Both the position numbers and the translations under genes were made by a program. From Ochrobactrum teleogrylli (GTDB lineage Bacteria; Pseudomonadota; Alphaproteobacteria; Rhizobiales; Rhizobiaceae): a DNA stretch of 24,000 bases. The stretch lies in assembly GCF_006376685.1 (NCBI RefSeq), contig NZ_VEWL01000001.1, positions 351,869 to 375,868 on the forward strand, in the 5' to 3' direction. Position 1 is the first letter of the stretch, and the number at the start of each line of letters is the position of its first letter. This document shows positions 9,581 to 17,937 of the stretch, one piece after another. The notes beneath the pieces were generated by a model. It ran no database searches. It was not told the origin of the DNA and worked only from the letters and a program-made list of their open reading frames with translations.

Positions 9581-10900
9581 TTATGCTCCGTAAACGAGCT
9601 TGTCCTGGCGGGCGCGCAGTTCGGCGATCTTCGATCCCGGCGCGACGGCAGCATTGTCATAGGTGATGAGTTCGCCCTTCCTGATCGGCTTTGTCACGCT
9701 GCCGCCCTGAAGAAGACCGCAGGGGATGGCATGCGCTGTACGCGCTTCGCCAGACGTCATGATCCAGGCGCGGTAGCAATATTCGCCAATGGCATCGAGC
9801 TTTTCGCCCGGCTGCATATCCTTCTTGGCCACAGCGCAGACTTCGGCCACCGGCTTTGCCAGGGGCACCATGTCCGGCTTGCCGTAAAGCACGACACGGG
9901 CGCAGGTGAGGGGAACTTCGAGCGAGGTCAGGTGATAAGGGCGGTGGAAGGTGAAGTAAGGGCCTTTGCCCATTTTCAGATCTTCCATGCGTTCCGAAAC
10001 ACGCGGATGCGACATGTCGGCCACAACGAAGACGCCGGGCGCAACACCCTTGCCGATGGAGTAATCCACGACGCCGACTTTCGAAAGCACACCGCCGTCC
10101 TTTTCAGGAATCAGCGTCTTGTTGAGCTGGTCGAGCGTTGCGGCAGGGCCGTGCATGCCCGGCTTGTCCGGCACCAGACCCGTGGCATTGGCGATGGCTG
10201 CCATTTCCACCATGGTCTTGGAGCCATCGACGAACTCCACCAGCATACGCACATTCATGTTGCGGCGTTTGGCTTCTTCCAGATAATCGTCGGGAATGGC
10301 GTCGATATTGAGCGGGTTGTTCTTGCCCTTGCCAGCGGCAACGATGGGATGCCCCATGGCTGAAACGAACTCGATCAGTTCCATGCAGGACGATGGTTCG
10401 TCGCCGGCACCCAGCGAATAGGTGACGCCCAGACGGTCGGCTTCTGCCTTGAGGTAGGCACCGATGGTGACATCGGCTTCGACATTCATCATGACGAGAT
10501 GCTTGCCATGTTCCATGGCGCGCAGGCCGATTTCCGCGCCGACAGCCGGAACGCCGGTGGCGTCGATGACCACATCGATCAAATCATTTTCGAGGATCAG
10601 ACTGGCATTGTCCGTAACGGCGACCTTGCCGCCTTCCATGGCGGAGGTCAGGTCGGAAGCGTTTGAAACTTGCCTGCCGTGGCCTTCTTCCTGATAGGCG
10701 ATATCAACCGCTTTCAAAGCGTTCGGAACACGCAGTTCGGAAATGGCGCCGATTTCGATGCCGGGCATATGCGCCACGCGGGTCACGATGTCGGTGCCCA
10801 TTTCGCCGGAGCCGATCAGCCCGATACGGATCGGCCGTCCGCTGTCAGCACGCGCTTGCATATCACGTGCCAAGCCCGTCAACGCCACATTCGTCGCCAT
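9581..10900 (-). CDS. COG4091-type (predicted homoserine dehydrogenase/DRL-like) NAD(P)-dependent oxidoreductase with C-terminal SAF-like domain
   Basis: Rossmann N-terminus RIGLIGSGEMGTDIVTRV; central GVTYSLGAGDEPSSCMELIEFV; C-terminal VAEVCAVAKKDMQPGEKLDAIGEYCYRAWIM (SAF-like). First gene of the minus-strand operon with the dehydrogenase subunits. Confidence 0.75.
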   Translation of the reverse strand: MATNVALTGLARDMQARADSGRPIRIGLIGSGEMGTDIVTRVAHMPGIEIGAISELRVPNALKAVDIAYQEEGHGRQVSNASDLTSAMEGGKVAVTDNASLILENDLIDVVIDATGVPAVGAEIGLRAMEHGKHLVMMNVEADVTIGAYLKAEADRLGVTYSLGAGDEPSSCMELIEFVSAMGHPIVAAGKGKNNPLNIDAIPDDYLEEAKRRNMNVRMLVEFVDGSKTMVEMAAIANATGLVPDKPGMHGPAATLDQLNKTLIPEKDGGVLSKVGVVDYSIGKGVAPGVFVVADMSHPRVSERMEDLKMGKGPYFTFHRPYHLTSLEVPLTCARVVLYGKPDMVPLAKPVAEVCAVAKKDMQPGEKLDAIGEYCYRAWIMTSGEARTAHAIPCGLLQGGSVTKPIRKGELITYDNAAVAPGSKIAELRARQDKLVYGA

Positions 10901-10950
10901 CTTTTCCTCCTGATGTTCCTCCAGACGCCTTCGCGCCTCTCTTCCCTTAC

Positions 10951-10979
10951 CCGATAATGAACATTTGTTTCCAAGTCAA
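10951..10979 (-). promoter_or_regulatory. Candidate sigma70-like promoter for the COG4091-aco operon with embedded operator
   Basis: Minus strand: TTGACT (10979-10974), 17-nt spacer, TATCGG (10956-10951). The spacer contains AAACAAATGTTC (plus-strand GAACATTTGTTT, 10959-10970). Confidence 0.5.
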
Positions 10980-11037
10980 TACGAGTGTACATTTATCACG
11001 CGCCCCAGACCTGTTATTCCTTACCGTGCTTTATCGC

Positions 11038-11077
11038 TTGTGAACAAACATTGGTCTGCTATAAAAAACAAATGTTC
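11038..11077 (+). promoter_or_regulatory. Candidate promoter for the galactitol-type PTS operon with operator at the expected start site
   Basis: TTGTGA (11038-11043), 16-nt spacer, TATAAA (11060-11065), immediately followed by AAACAAATGTTC (11066-11077), the exact reverse complement of the 12-mer at 10959-10970. Confidence 0.5.
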
Positions 11078-11197
11078 TGCCCGGTGTTTCAAAATGCAAC
11101 ACAACAAAATCTTGTGGGGGCATGCGGCGCGGAACTTGATACAAGCGTTCAAACGGCCTGGCATTCGTTGGAGGATGGCCGGGGGGAGGAGAAAACT

Positions 11198-12607
11198 ATG
11201 GACGCATTTCTAAGCGGCCTGAAATCGGCCATCGATACATTGGGAGCGACGGTCCTGCTCCCTATCGTCATTTTCATTATAGCCGTGGTTCTTGGCGCTA
11301 AGGTGGGCAAAGCCTTCCGCGCTGCCGTGACCATCGGCGTCGCCTTCATCGGTATCAACCTCGTATTGGGGCTGATGTTCACCTCCATTGGCGAGGTGGC
11401 TCAGGCGATTGTTACCAATACGGGCATCAAGCGCGATATCGTCGATGTGGGCTGGCCTTCGGCTGCGGCCATCGCTTTCGGTTCGTCCGTGGGGCTTTGG
11501 GTCATTCCGGTCGGCATTCTGGTCAACATCGCGCTGCTTTTGATGCGCTGGACCCGCACGCTCAATGTCGATGTTTGGAACTTCTGGCACTTTGCCTTTG
11601 TCGGCTCGCTTGTCGTCGCCGCAACGGACAATCTCGCCTATGGCATTATCGTTGCAGCTCTTGTTGCGGCTCTGTCGCTGCTGTTCGCTGACTGGTCGGC
11701 ACGCGCCGTACAGCAGTTCTATGGCGTTCCGGGCGTTTCCGTTCCGCATCTGGCATCGGCGCAAATTCTGCCGATTGCCATCGTGCTCAACTGGATCATG
11801 GATCGCATTCCTGGCATCAACAAGATCCACATCAGCACCGAAACCATCGAACGCCGTTTCGGCGTCTTCGGCGAGCCGGTGGTTCTGGGCCTGATTATCG
11901 GTCTCGTGCTTGGTCTCATCGCTTTCTACAATTCAGGCGATTTCGGCCATGTGCTGGCCAAGGTGCTGGGCACCGGCATGACGCTTGCCGCCGTGATGCT
12001 GCTTCTGCCGCGCATGGTCAAAATCCTGATGGAAGGCCTGCTGCCGGTTTCTGATGCCGCACAGGAATTCGTGCGCAAGCGCACCGGCGACCGCGAATTG
12101 CTGGTCGGTCTCGATTCGGCAATCCTGATCGGCCATCCGGCTGCGATCTCGTCGTCGCTGATCCTCGTGCCGATTGCGATCATCCTGTCGGTGATACTGC
12201 CGGGCAACCGCGTCATCCTGTTTGCCGATCTTGCGGTTATTCCGTTCATCGTCGCCATGACTGCGCCGCTGTTGAAGGGCAACGTGTTCCGCATGGTTGT
12301 CGTCGGCACGGTGACGCTCGCCATCGGCTTCTATGTGGCCAATGCGCTGGCTCCGCTCTTCACGAGCGCTGCCGTGTCATCTGGCTTCAAGTTGCCGGAA
12401 AACGCGTTGCAGATCACTTCGGTGGTCGACGGCTTCCTGTGGGTGCCTTATGTCATCATCGCCGCAATCCAGTGGTTAGGCGTTGTTGGAATCGCAGTTC
12501 TTGCAGTCGTCATCGCCGCAGCGTTCATTCTCTATCGTCGCAACACCGACGGTTGGGAACGCGCTGCCGGTGCGGAAGACGAACCAGCCGAGCAGAACAA
12601 CTGGTAA
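11198..12607 (+). CDS. gatC: PTS galactitol-type transporter subunit IIC
   Basis: Strongly hydrophobic ~469-aa protein: MDAFLSGLKSAIDTLGATVLLPIVIFIIAVVLGAKVGKAFRAAVTIGVAFIGINLVLGLM..., HISTETIERRFGVFGEPVVLGLIIGLVLGL. GatC/SgcC-like. Start placed at ATG 11198 behind GGGGGGAGGAG, not 10985 as in the track. Confidence 0.88.
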   Translation: MDAFLSGLKSAIDTLGATVLLPIVIFIIAVVLGAKVGKAFRAAVTIGVAFIGINLVLGLMFTSIGEVAQAIVTNTGIKRDIVDVGWPSAAAIAFGSSVGLWVIPVGILVNIALLLMRWTRTLNVDVWNFWHFAFVGSLVVAATDNLAYGIIVAALVAALSLLFADWSARAVQQFYGVPGVSVPHLASAQILPIAIVLNWIMDRIPGINKIHISTETIERRFGVFGEPVVLGLIIGLVLGLIAFYNSGDFGHVLAKVLGTGMTLAAVMLLLPRMVKILMEGLLPVSDAAQEFVRKRTGDRELLVGLDSAILIGHPAAISSSLILVPIAIILSVILPGNRVILFADLAVIPFIVAMTAPLLKGNVFRMVVVGTVTLAIGFYVANALAPLFTSAAVSSGFKLPENALQITSVVDGFLWVPYVIIAAIQWLGVVGIAVLAVVIAAAFILYRRNTDGWERAAGAEDEPAEQNNW

Positions 12608-12670
12608 GGCGCAAAAGCAATATTGGCCGCATACCGGAGAGGTATGCGGCTATCTGCAATGGAGGATGGA

Positions 12671-13132
12671 ATGGCGAACGGCCTGACGGCTTTTCTCGAC
12701 CCTGAAGCGATTGAGCTGCAGAGCGAGGCCAAAACCAATGAGGAAATTATCCGTATTCTGGCGGCGAAGCTGGAACGGCTCGGCTATGTAAAGCCCAGCT
12801 ATGCGGATGCGGTCGTGAAGCGGGAACAGACCATGCCAACCGGTCTGCCGCTGGAGCGCGAAGAAAACGTTGCCGTTCCGCATACCGACCCCGAGCATGT
12901 CCTGAAAGCGGGCATCGCTTTTGCGACGCTGAAAACCCCCGTCATCTTCGCCAATATGGAAGATCCGGAAGAGGACGTTCCCGTCGGATTTGTCTTCCTG
13001 CTTGCCATCAATGACAAGGACAAACAGATCGAGACCTTGCAACAGGTGATGGCGACCATTCAAAATGAGGACGCGCTCGAGAATCTCAAGAAATCGCGCA
13101 CATTGAGTGACGTGGAAGCTGCGCTCGGTTAA
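12671..13132 (+). CDS. gatA: PTS EIIA (fructose/mannitol superfamily, galactitol-type)
   Basis: GYVKPSYADAVVKREQTMPTGLPLEREENVAVPHTDPEHVLKAGIAFATLKTPV has the EIIA active-site His context (VPHTD). ATG 12671 follows GGAGG; track start 12623 is probably too early. Confidence 0.85.
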   Translation: MANGLTAFLDPEAIELQSEAKTNEEIIRILAAKLERLGYVKPSYADAVVKREQTMPTGLPLEREENVAVPHTDPEHVLKAGIAFATLKTPVIFANMEDPEEDVPVGFVFLLAINDKDKQIETLQQVMATIQNEDALENLKKSRTLSDVEAALG

Positions 13133-13146
13133 TCGGAGGAAACAAA

Positions 13147-13434
13147 ATGGCCAAAATGAAAACGATTCTCTTTGCCTGCGGCACCGGCGTCGCAACATCC
13201 ACTGCCGTGAATGCTGCCGTCACCGAAGAGATGAAAAAGCGCGGGCTGACCTTCAACGCCCAGCAGGCCAAGGCGACCGAAGTGCCGTCTCTGGCTGACA
13301 ATGTGGATTTCATCGTTTCCACGACGCCTATTTCCGCCGCAGTCGAGAAGCGGGTCATCAAGGGCCTCGCATTCCTGACCGGCATCGGCAAGGACAAGGT
13401 TCTGGACGAAATCGAAGCCGAATTGCGCAAGTAA
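13147..13434 (+). CDS. gatB: PTS galactitol-type EIIB
   Basis: MKTILFACGTGVATSTAVNAAVTEEMKKRG has the EIIB phosphocysteine loop ACGTGVATST. Confidence 0.9.
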   Translation: MAKMKTILFACGTGVATSTAVNAAVTEEMKKRGLTFNAQQAKATEVPSLADNVDFIVSTTPISAAVEKRVIKGLAFLTGIGKDKVLDEIEAELRK

Positions 13435-13450
13435 TTTCGGCCCATTTCAA

Positions 13451-13484
13451 AGGGCGCTTTCGTGCAGGATCACGAAAGCGCCCT
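13451..13484. terminator. Perfect 14-bp-stem hairpin AGGGCGCTTTCGTG-CAGGAT-CACGAAAGCGCCCT
   Basis: Lies between the convergent gatB and SorC-type regulator genes. Confidence 0.8.
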
Positions 13485-13513
13485 AACTATTTGTATTCTC
13501 ACTACTGAGCGGT

Positions 13514-14548
13514 TCAGTTCGGAACGGAATGTCCGATGCGCCGGAGCATTTCGGCGGCACTTTCCTCGTCGGTGATGAACACCGTTGGACGCAGAAGTTT
13601 CATCGCGCCGAGAAGCGCTTCGATCTTTTCCTTGCCGCCGGATGTCAGGATGCGTTGCGGCGTGTTCTGCAAGCTTTCGATGCTGGCCGACATGACGCGC
13701 TCATGCACCGGATCATCGACGATACGGCCATCGGCATTGTAGAAATGGAACAGAACGTCGCCGACCGCACCATTGGCGCGCAGCGATTGTTTCTGCTCTT
13801 CATCGACGAGCCCCACGCGGTAGGACGTGCTGCTGGCGGTCTCGATGCCACCAATGCTGAGCAACACCATGTCGAGATCTTCCGCCATGTCCAGCACTGT
13901 GTTCAGGCCACAACGTTCAATCAGGGCTGTGCGAGTCTCCTTGCTGTCCACGAGGGCGGGCGCGGGGATAAGGTAGCCTTCGCCTTGCAGCATCTGCGCG
14001 AATTGCCAGGCAAATTCGGGCGGGTTGGAGCGTCGTGGCTGCACAATGCCGCCGAGAAGCGAAATGACCTTAAGATCGTTCACCGGACGCGAGCCGATAT
14101 GCTGCAAGGTGCTGGATAAAGTGCGGCCCCAGCCGACACCAATGCGCATGCCGTGCTGGATTTTTTCCGACAGATAAGCGCCGGTCGCAGCACTTATCGG
14201 AGGAATCGGATCGGTCTCGGCAGAGGAGAGGGGCGCGACAATGGCCTGTTCCAGCCTGAACGCCTTTTCAAGCGCCGCTTCCAGCGCGGTCAAAGCCGAA
14301 AGCTTACCTTCAATGGTGATCTTCACCTCGTTGCGGGCGCGGGCATCGGCAAGAAGACGCACAATGGTCACGCGGCCAACACCCAGCGCATCGGCAATAT
14401 CGCTCTGGGTCATCTGCTCGACATAATACATCCACGCCGCACGGGTTCTGAGGCGGCTGGTGCGGTTTTCCGCTGCAACGCCTTCGGAGCCCACCAGAAG
14501 GTCGTTGGTTTCAGCTGCGTTCCGTTTCCCCTTGGCGGTCTTTCTCAA
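13514..14548 (-). CDS. SorC/DeoR-type sugar-binding transcriptional regulator
   Basis: HTH segment RAAWMYYVEQMTQSDIADALGVGRVTIVRLLADARARNEVKI and sugar-binding domain (GIGVGWGRTLSSTLQHI-like; VISLLGGIVQ; DMVLLSIGGIE; GAVGDVLFHFYNADG). Confidence 0.9.
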   Translation of the reverse strand: MRKTAKGKRNAAETNDLLVGSEGVAAENRTSRLRTRAAWMYYVEQMTQSDIADALGVGRVTIVRLLADARARNEVKITIEGKLSALTALEAALEKAFRLEQAIVAPLSSAETDPIPPISAATGAYLSEKIQHGMRIGVGWGRTLSSTLQHIGSRPVNDLKVISLLGGIVQPRRSNPPEFAWQFAQMLQGEGYLIPAPALVDSKETRTALIERCGLNTVLDMAEDLDMVLLSIGGIETASSTSYRVGLVDEEQKQSLRANGAVGDVLFHFYNADGRIVDDPVHERVMSASIESLQNTPQRILTSGGKEKIEALLGAMKLLRPTVFITDEESAAEMLRRIGHSVPN

Positions 14549-14634
14549 ATCGATTCCCCAAAATTCTTGCAGTTTGCGTCTTTGTGATATGGACCCTATT
14601 GCTTTTCCGGGACGAGGAAAACAATACTTCTTTT

Positions 14635-14650
14635 GTATCGGTTAAGATAC
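14635..14650. promoter_or_regulatory. Inverted repeat GTATC-GGTTAA-GATAC in the divergent region of the SorC-type regulator
   Basis: Perfect 5-bp arms between the divergent starts at 14548 (-) and 14685 (+); flanked by AACAAT (14620-14625) and ATTGTT (14652-14657). Confidence 0.4.
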
Positions 14651-14684
14651 GATTGTTGGCCTCGCTAGGAGGAAGAGATCGATC

Positions 14685-15422
14685 ATGCTGCGCACACTTT
14701 CCGATGAAATCGCCGTCAATCTGAAAGACCGTCTGCGTGACGTGCGTTACGTGATCAGACGCGCCCGGCAAAGTTCGCGTGCGCCCGAAACCAGCCTGCC
14801 CGCACCGGAAGCGCTTCTGGGCCATGCCGCAGGCGTGATGGATACGGCGCTGACCGCCGCCGAGGCGATCTCAATCTCGATTATTTCGTCTGAACCGGCC
14901 AAACATCATGGCGCGCCACAGATGCGCAGCCTATCCTTTTATTTCGGCACCGGTGCGGAAGGTGCGCGCGGTTTCCGCAGCGATATGTATTATTTCCTCA
15001 AGGGAACGATGCGGCGCTACGGACTTGAAAACGCACTTATCCACGAAGCGGCTTTTTCGGTCATCCACGGGCGTCTGTTGCGCAAGCACGCGGAACTTCT
15101 GCGCGATCCTCGAAAGGTTGCACAGGCGCTGGCCGCGCTTTATCTGGAATATCTGGCTGAAAGCCCTGTCCGCTTGACGTCGTTGGAAGTCTCGTGCGAC
15201 CCGGAAAATCTGCGCAAGGCGGAAGTGGTCGGGCTTGCCGCTACTTGCCTCGCTTGCGGGCTGGCGACCGTAAAGCCTGCCGATCTCGCCGATATCGATC
15301 CGCTGGAAAGCGTGTTTATGGTGCTGGAAGCACGCTATGAACGGCTGGTGGATGCGGCAGAGACCCGCGACGCGAAGAAGCTCGAAACCCTCTTCGCGAC
15401 GCTGATTGCCCACCTACCTTAA
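14685..15422 (+). CDS. Uncharacterised 245-aa protein encoded between the SorC-type regulator and the HPr-EI gene
   Basis: Long ORF with AGGAGG-type SD upstream of ATG 14685. No family recognised from sequence (MLRTLSDEIAVNLKDRLRDVRYVIRRARQ...). No signal peptide or transmembrane segment seen. Confidence 0.75.
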   Translation: MLRTLSDEIAVNLKDRLRDVRYVIRRARQSSRAPETSLPAPEALLGHAAGVMDTALTAAEAISISIISSEPAKHHGAPQMRSLSFYFGTGAEGARGFRSDMYYFLKGTMRRYGLENALIHEAAFSVIHGRLLRKHAELLRDPRKVAQALAALYLEYLAESPVRLTSLEVSCDPENLRKAEVVGLAATCLACGLATVKPADLADIDPLESVFMVLEARYERLVDAAETRDAKKLETLFATLIAHLP

Positions 15423-17414
15423 GTCGCCAAACAGATCGGCGATGATCTTCTTGGCGCGGGGAATGGAAGCCGGGCTCATGCTGAGCTCGGTCAGTCCCAT
15501 GCGGATAAATTCCGGGATCAAATCCGGCTTGCCTGCCGCTTCTCCGCACATGCCGACCATGATGCCCGCTGTCGTGGCTGCTTTCGCGGTCATTTCAATG
15601 GCCGCCATTACAGCTGGATGATGCACGTCGTTGAGCCTCGCGACCGTCGGGTTGAGACGGTCTGCCGCCATGACATATTGCGTCAGATCATTGGTGCCGA
15701 TGGAGAAGAAGGCGGATTCCTTGGCCAGCTGATCGGCTGCGAAAACCGCTGCCGGTGTTTCGATCATAACACCCAGTTCAAACGTGCCGTAAGGCTTGCC
15801 TTCTGCTGTCAACTCGCGCTCGCATTCGGCAATCAGGCTTTTTGTCGCCCGGATCTCCTCGATATCGGAAACCATCGGCAACATGACCTTCAGTTTGCCG
15901 TGCACTGAGGCGCGAAGCAGGGCGCGCAATTGCGGCTTAAACACCTCCGGGCGGTCAAGGCACATGCGGATGCCGCGCCAGCCGAGGAACGGGTTTTCCT
16001 CCTCGGGAAACTCGATGCCGGCGACGGGCTTGTCACCGCCGATATCGAGTGTGCGGACAATGACAGACTGGGGGGCGAAAGCGCGCAGAAGTGATGCATA
16101 GGTTTCCATCTGCATGTCTTCGGACGGCAAATGGATATGCTTCATGAACAGAAGCTCGGTGCGGAACAGGCCGACGCCCATCGCGCCTGCGGTCTGGGCC
16201 GCTTCGATTTCCTCCAAAGCGCCGAGATTGGCCGCAACCTCAATCACCACGCCATCGGCGCGGCGCGGCGTATAGTCACGATACTTGTCCAGCGCACGCT
16301 GTTCTTCCGTGGCCTTGGCAATGCGGCTTTCGATTTCGGCCAGAACGGTGGCATTCGGGTCGTGATGGACAATGCCCGCACTGCCATCGACGGCAACCTG
16401 TCGCGCTGTCTTCAGTCTATGAACAGCGTCGCCAAGTCCAAGCACTGCCGGGATTCCGTGCGTGCGCGCGATGATCGCGACATGCGAGGTCGCGCCGCCA
16501 TGGCCGCAAACCACGCCGCGAATGCGCTTCAGCGGTGCGCGGGCCAAGTCCCAAGCGCCGATGTCTTCGGCGATCAGAATGGCACCGTCCGGTAGTCCGT
16601 CGAGATTGAGGTCTTCCTGACCGAGCAAGGCGAGACAAATCTGGCGGCTGATTGCGTGCACATCGTCGGCGCGGGCATTGAGATAGGGATCGTCGAGGTT
16701 GGCGAATTGCTGCGCGACCGTCGAGGCAGCGCCGAGCGTTGCGGAGACCGCATCCATGCCGCCGCGAATAAGGGCGTGTGCTTCGTCCCGCAGGCTGTCG
16801 TCGGAGGCAATATCCTTCAATGCAGCAACGATGCCGCGATCACTTTCGGCGAGATCGTCGCGCGCGAGCGAATGTTCCATCCGCTCTTGAACAGTTGCGA
16901 CAGCGGCCTCGTAACGGCTGATTTCCGGTGCGATTTCGTGAGGTGCCAGCTTGCCGGTGCCGGGCGTGATTTCGGCAGGGAAAAACGGAAATGCCTCGCC
17001 AAGCGAAAGACCTTCACTGGCGGCAACGCCCTTGATCTGGCCTTCCGGCAACGCTGCAATCGCAACACTCGCGACCGGGGCGGTGACGGGAGCAGTCTCC
17101 ACCACCGCGGCAACGGCTGCGCCGTCATTTTCCTCAAGCCCCGCGCGCGGGTTTTCGAGATAGCCGATCAGCGCTTCCAGTGCTTCAATCGCGTCAGCCC
17201 CTTCGGCGCTGACGGTGACTTCGTCATTTTCCTTCACGCCAAGCAGCATGAGCTTAACGGAGCTTTTCGCGCTGACGCTTTTGCCGCTCTTTGCGATCTC
17301 GATATTACACTCGAACCCCTTGGCGAGCTTGACGAAACGAGTGGCGGGGCGCGCATGCAGCCCTTCATGCACCCGGACGATGGTGGAGCGTTCCATTTGA
17401 GAGCCTTGGATCAT
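15414..17414 (-). CDS. HPr-Enzyme I fusion phosphotransferase protein (PtsH-PtsI type)
   Basis: N-terminal HPr (TIVRVHEGLHARPATRFVKLAKGF), linker, then Enzyme I with phospho-His loop GVVCGHGGATSHVAIIARTHGIPAV and PEP-binding TIM-barrel motifs (LFRTELLFM, VIVRTLDIGGDKP, FSIGTNDLTQYVMAADR). True start may be the second Met. Confidence 0.95.
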   Translation of the reverse strand: MIQGSQMERSTIVRVHEGLHARPATRFVKLAKGFECNIEIAKSGKSVSAKSSVKLMLLGVKENDEVTVSAEGADAIEALEALIGYLENPRAGLEENDGAAVAAVVETAPVTAPVASVAIAALPEGQIKGVAASEGLSLGEAFPFFPAEITPGTGKLAPHEIAPEISRYEAAVATVQERMEHSLARDDLAESDRGIVAALKDIASDDSLRDEAHALIRGGMDAVSATLGAASTVAQQFANLDDPYLNARADDVHAISRQICLALLGQEDLNLDGLPDGAILIAEDIGAWDLARAPLKRIRGVVCGHGGATSHVAIIARTHGIPAVLGLGDAVHRLKTARQVAVDGSAGIVHHDPNATVLAEIESRIAKATEEQRALDKYRDYTPRRADGVVIEVAANLGALEEIEAAQTAGAMGVGLFRTELLFMKHIHLPSEDMQMETYASLLRAFAPQSVIVRTLDIGGDKPVAGIEFPEEENPFLGWRGIRMCLDRPEVFKPQLRALLRASVHGKLKVMLPMVSDIEEIRATKSLIAECERELTAEGKPYGTFELGVMIETPAAVFAADQLAKESAFFSIGTNDLTQYVMAADRLNPTVARLNDVHHPAVMAAIEMTAKAATTAGIMVGMCGEAAGKPDLIPEFIRMGLTELSMSPASIPRAKKIIADLFGDLR

Positions 17415-17429
17415 GAATGCTTCTTGAGA

Positions 17430-17810
17430 TCAGTCGCTGATGACGATCATATGTCCTTCGCGCAGAACGGCAACCAAAGCGGCGCCGTCAACTTCGCTGG
17501 CACAGATTTCGCCCGGACGGTCGGTCGAGTCGGCCCCGGTAAACGATATCACCACATGGCCGATGTCACGCACTTTCTGCCAGGCGCTTGCTCCAACAGC
17601 GGTAATGTTTGCCGTTATGTCGCCAATGGTGATGAGCGCGCCAACCGGCGGCGCAGCTTCCTGCGGACCGTCTTCGACTGCATGCATCACCGAGACTTCC
17701 GCGAGTTCGGGCGGAGAGCCCTCTGCAAACAGGATCAGAACGCCGCCTTCGGCGAGATCAGCCACTTCGGGACCAATTGCGGTGATCCGTGTCTTGAGAT
17801 GTATCGGCAT
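17430..17810 (-). CDS. srlB: PTS glucitol/sorbitol-type EIIA
   Basis: MPIHLKTRITAIGPEVADLAEGGVLILFAEGSPPELAEVSVMH...ITIGDITANITAVGASAWQKVRDIGHVVISFTGA. Start refined from 17834 to 17810. Confidence 0.88.
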   Translation of the reverse strand: MPIHLKTRITAIGPEVADLAEGGVLILFAEGSPPELAEVSVMHAVEDGPQEAAPPVGALITIGDITANITAVGASAWQKVRDIGHVVISFTGADSTDRPGEICASEVDGAALVAVLREGHMIVISD

Positions 17811-17937
17811 GGCGGCAGTCCTTTTCAATTTCACTCAATCGGCATCCTCCAAAAATTGGGGAGATGAGGATGCCGAAAATTAAAGGCAGAGATTGGGAGG
17901 AGCGGCCCGCCGCTTTGATGCGACGAGCCAGTTTGCG

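Noticed and set aside
16656-17867. 403-aa plus-strand ORF
   Set aside because: Antisense to the well-supported HPr-EI and srlB genes; low-complexity Gly/Arg/Asp composition typical of shadow ORFs.
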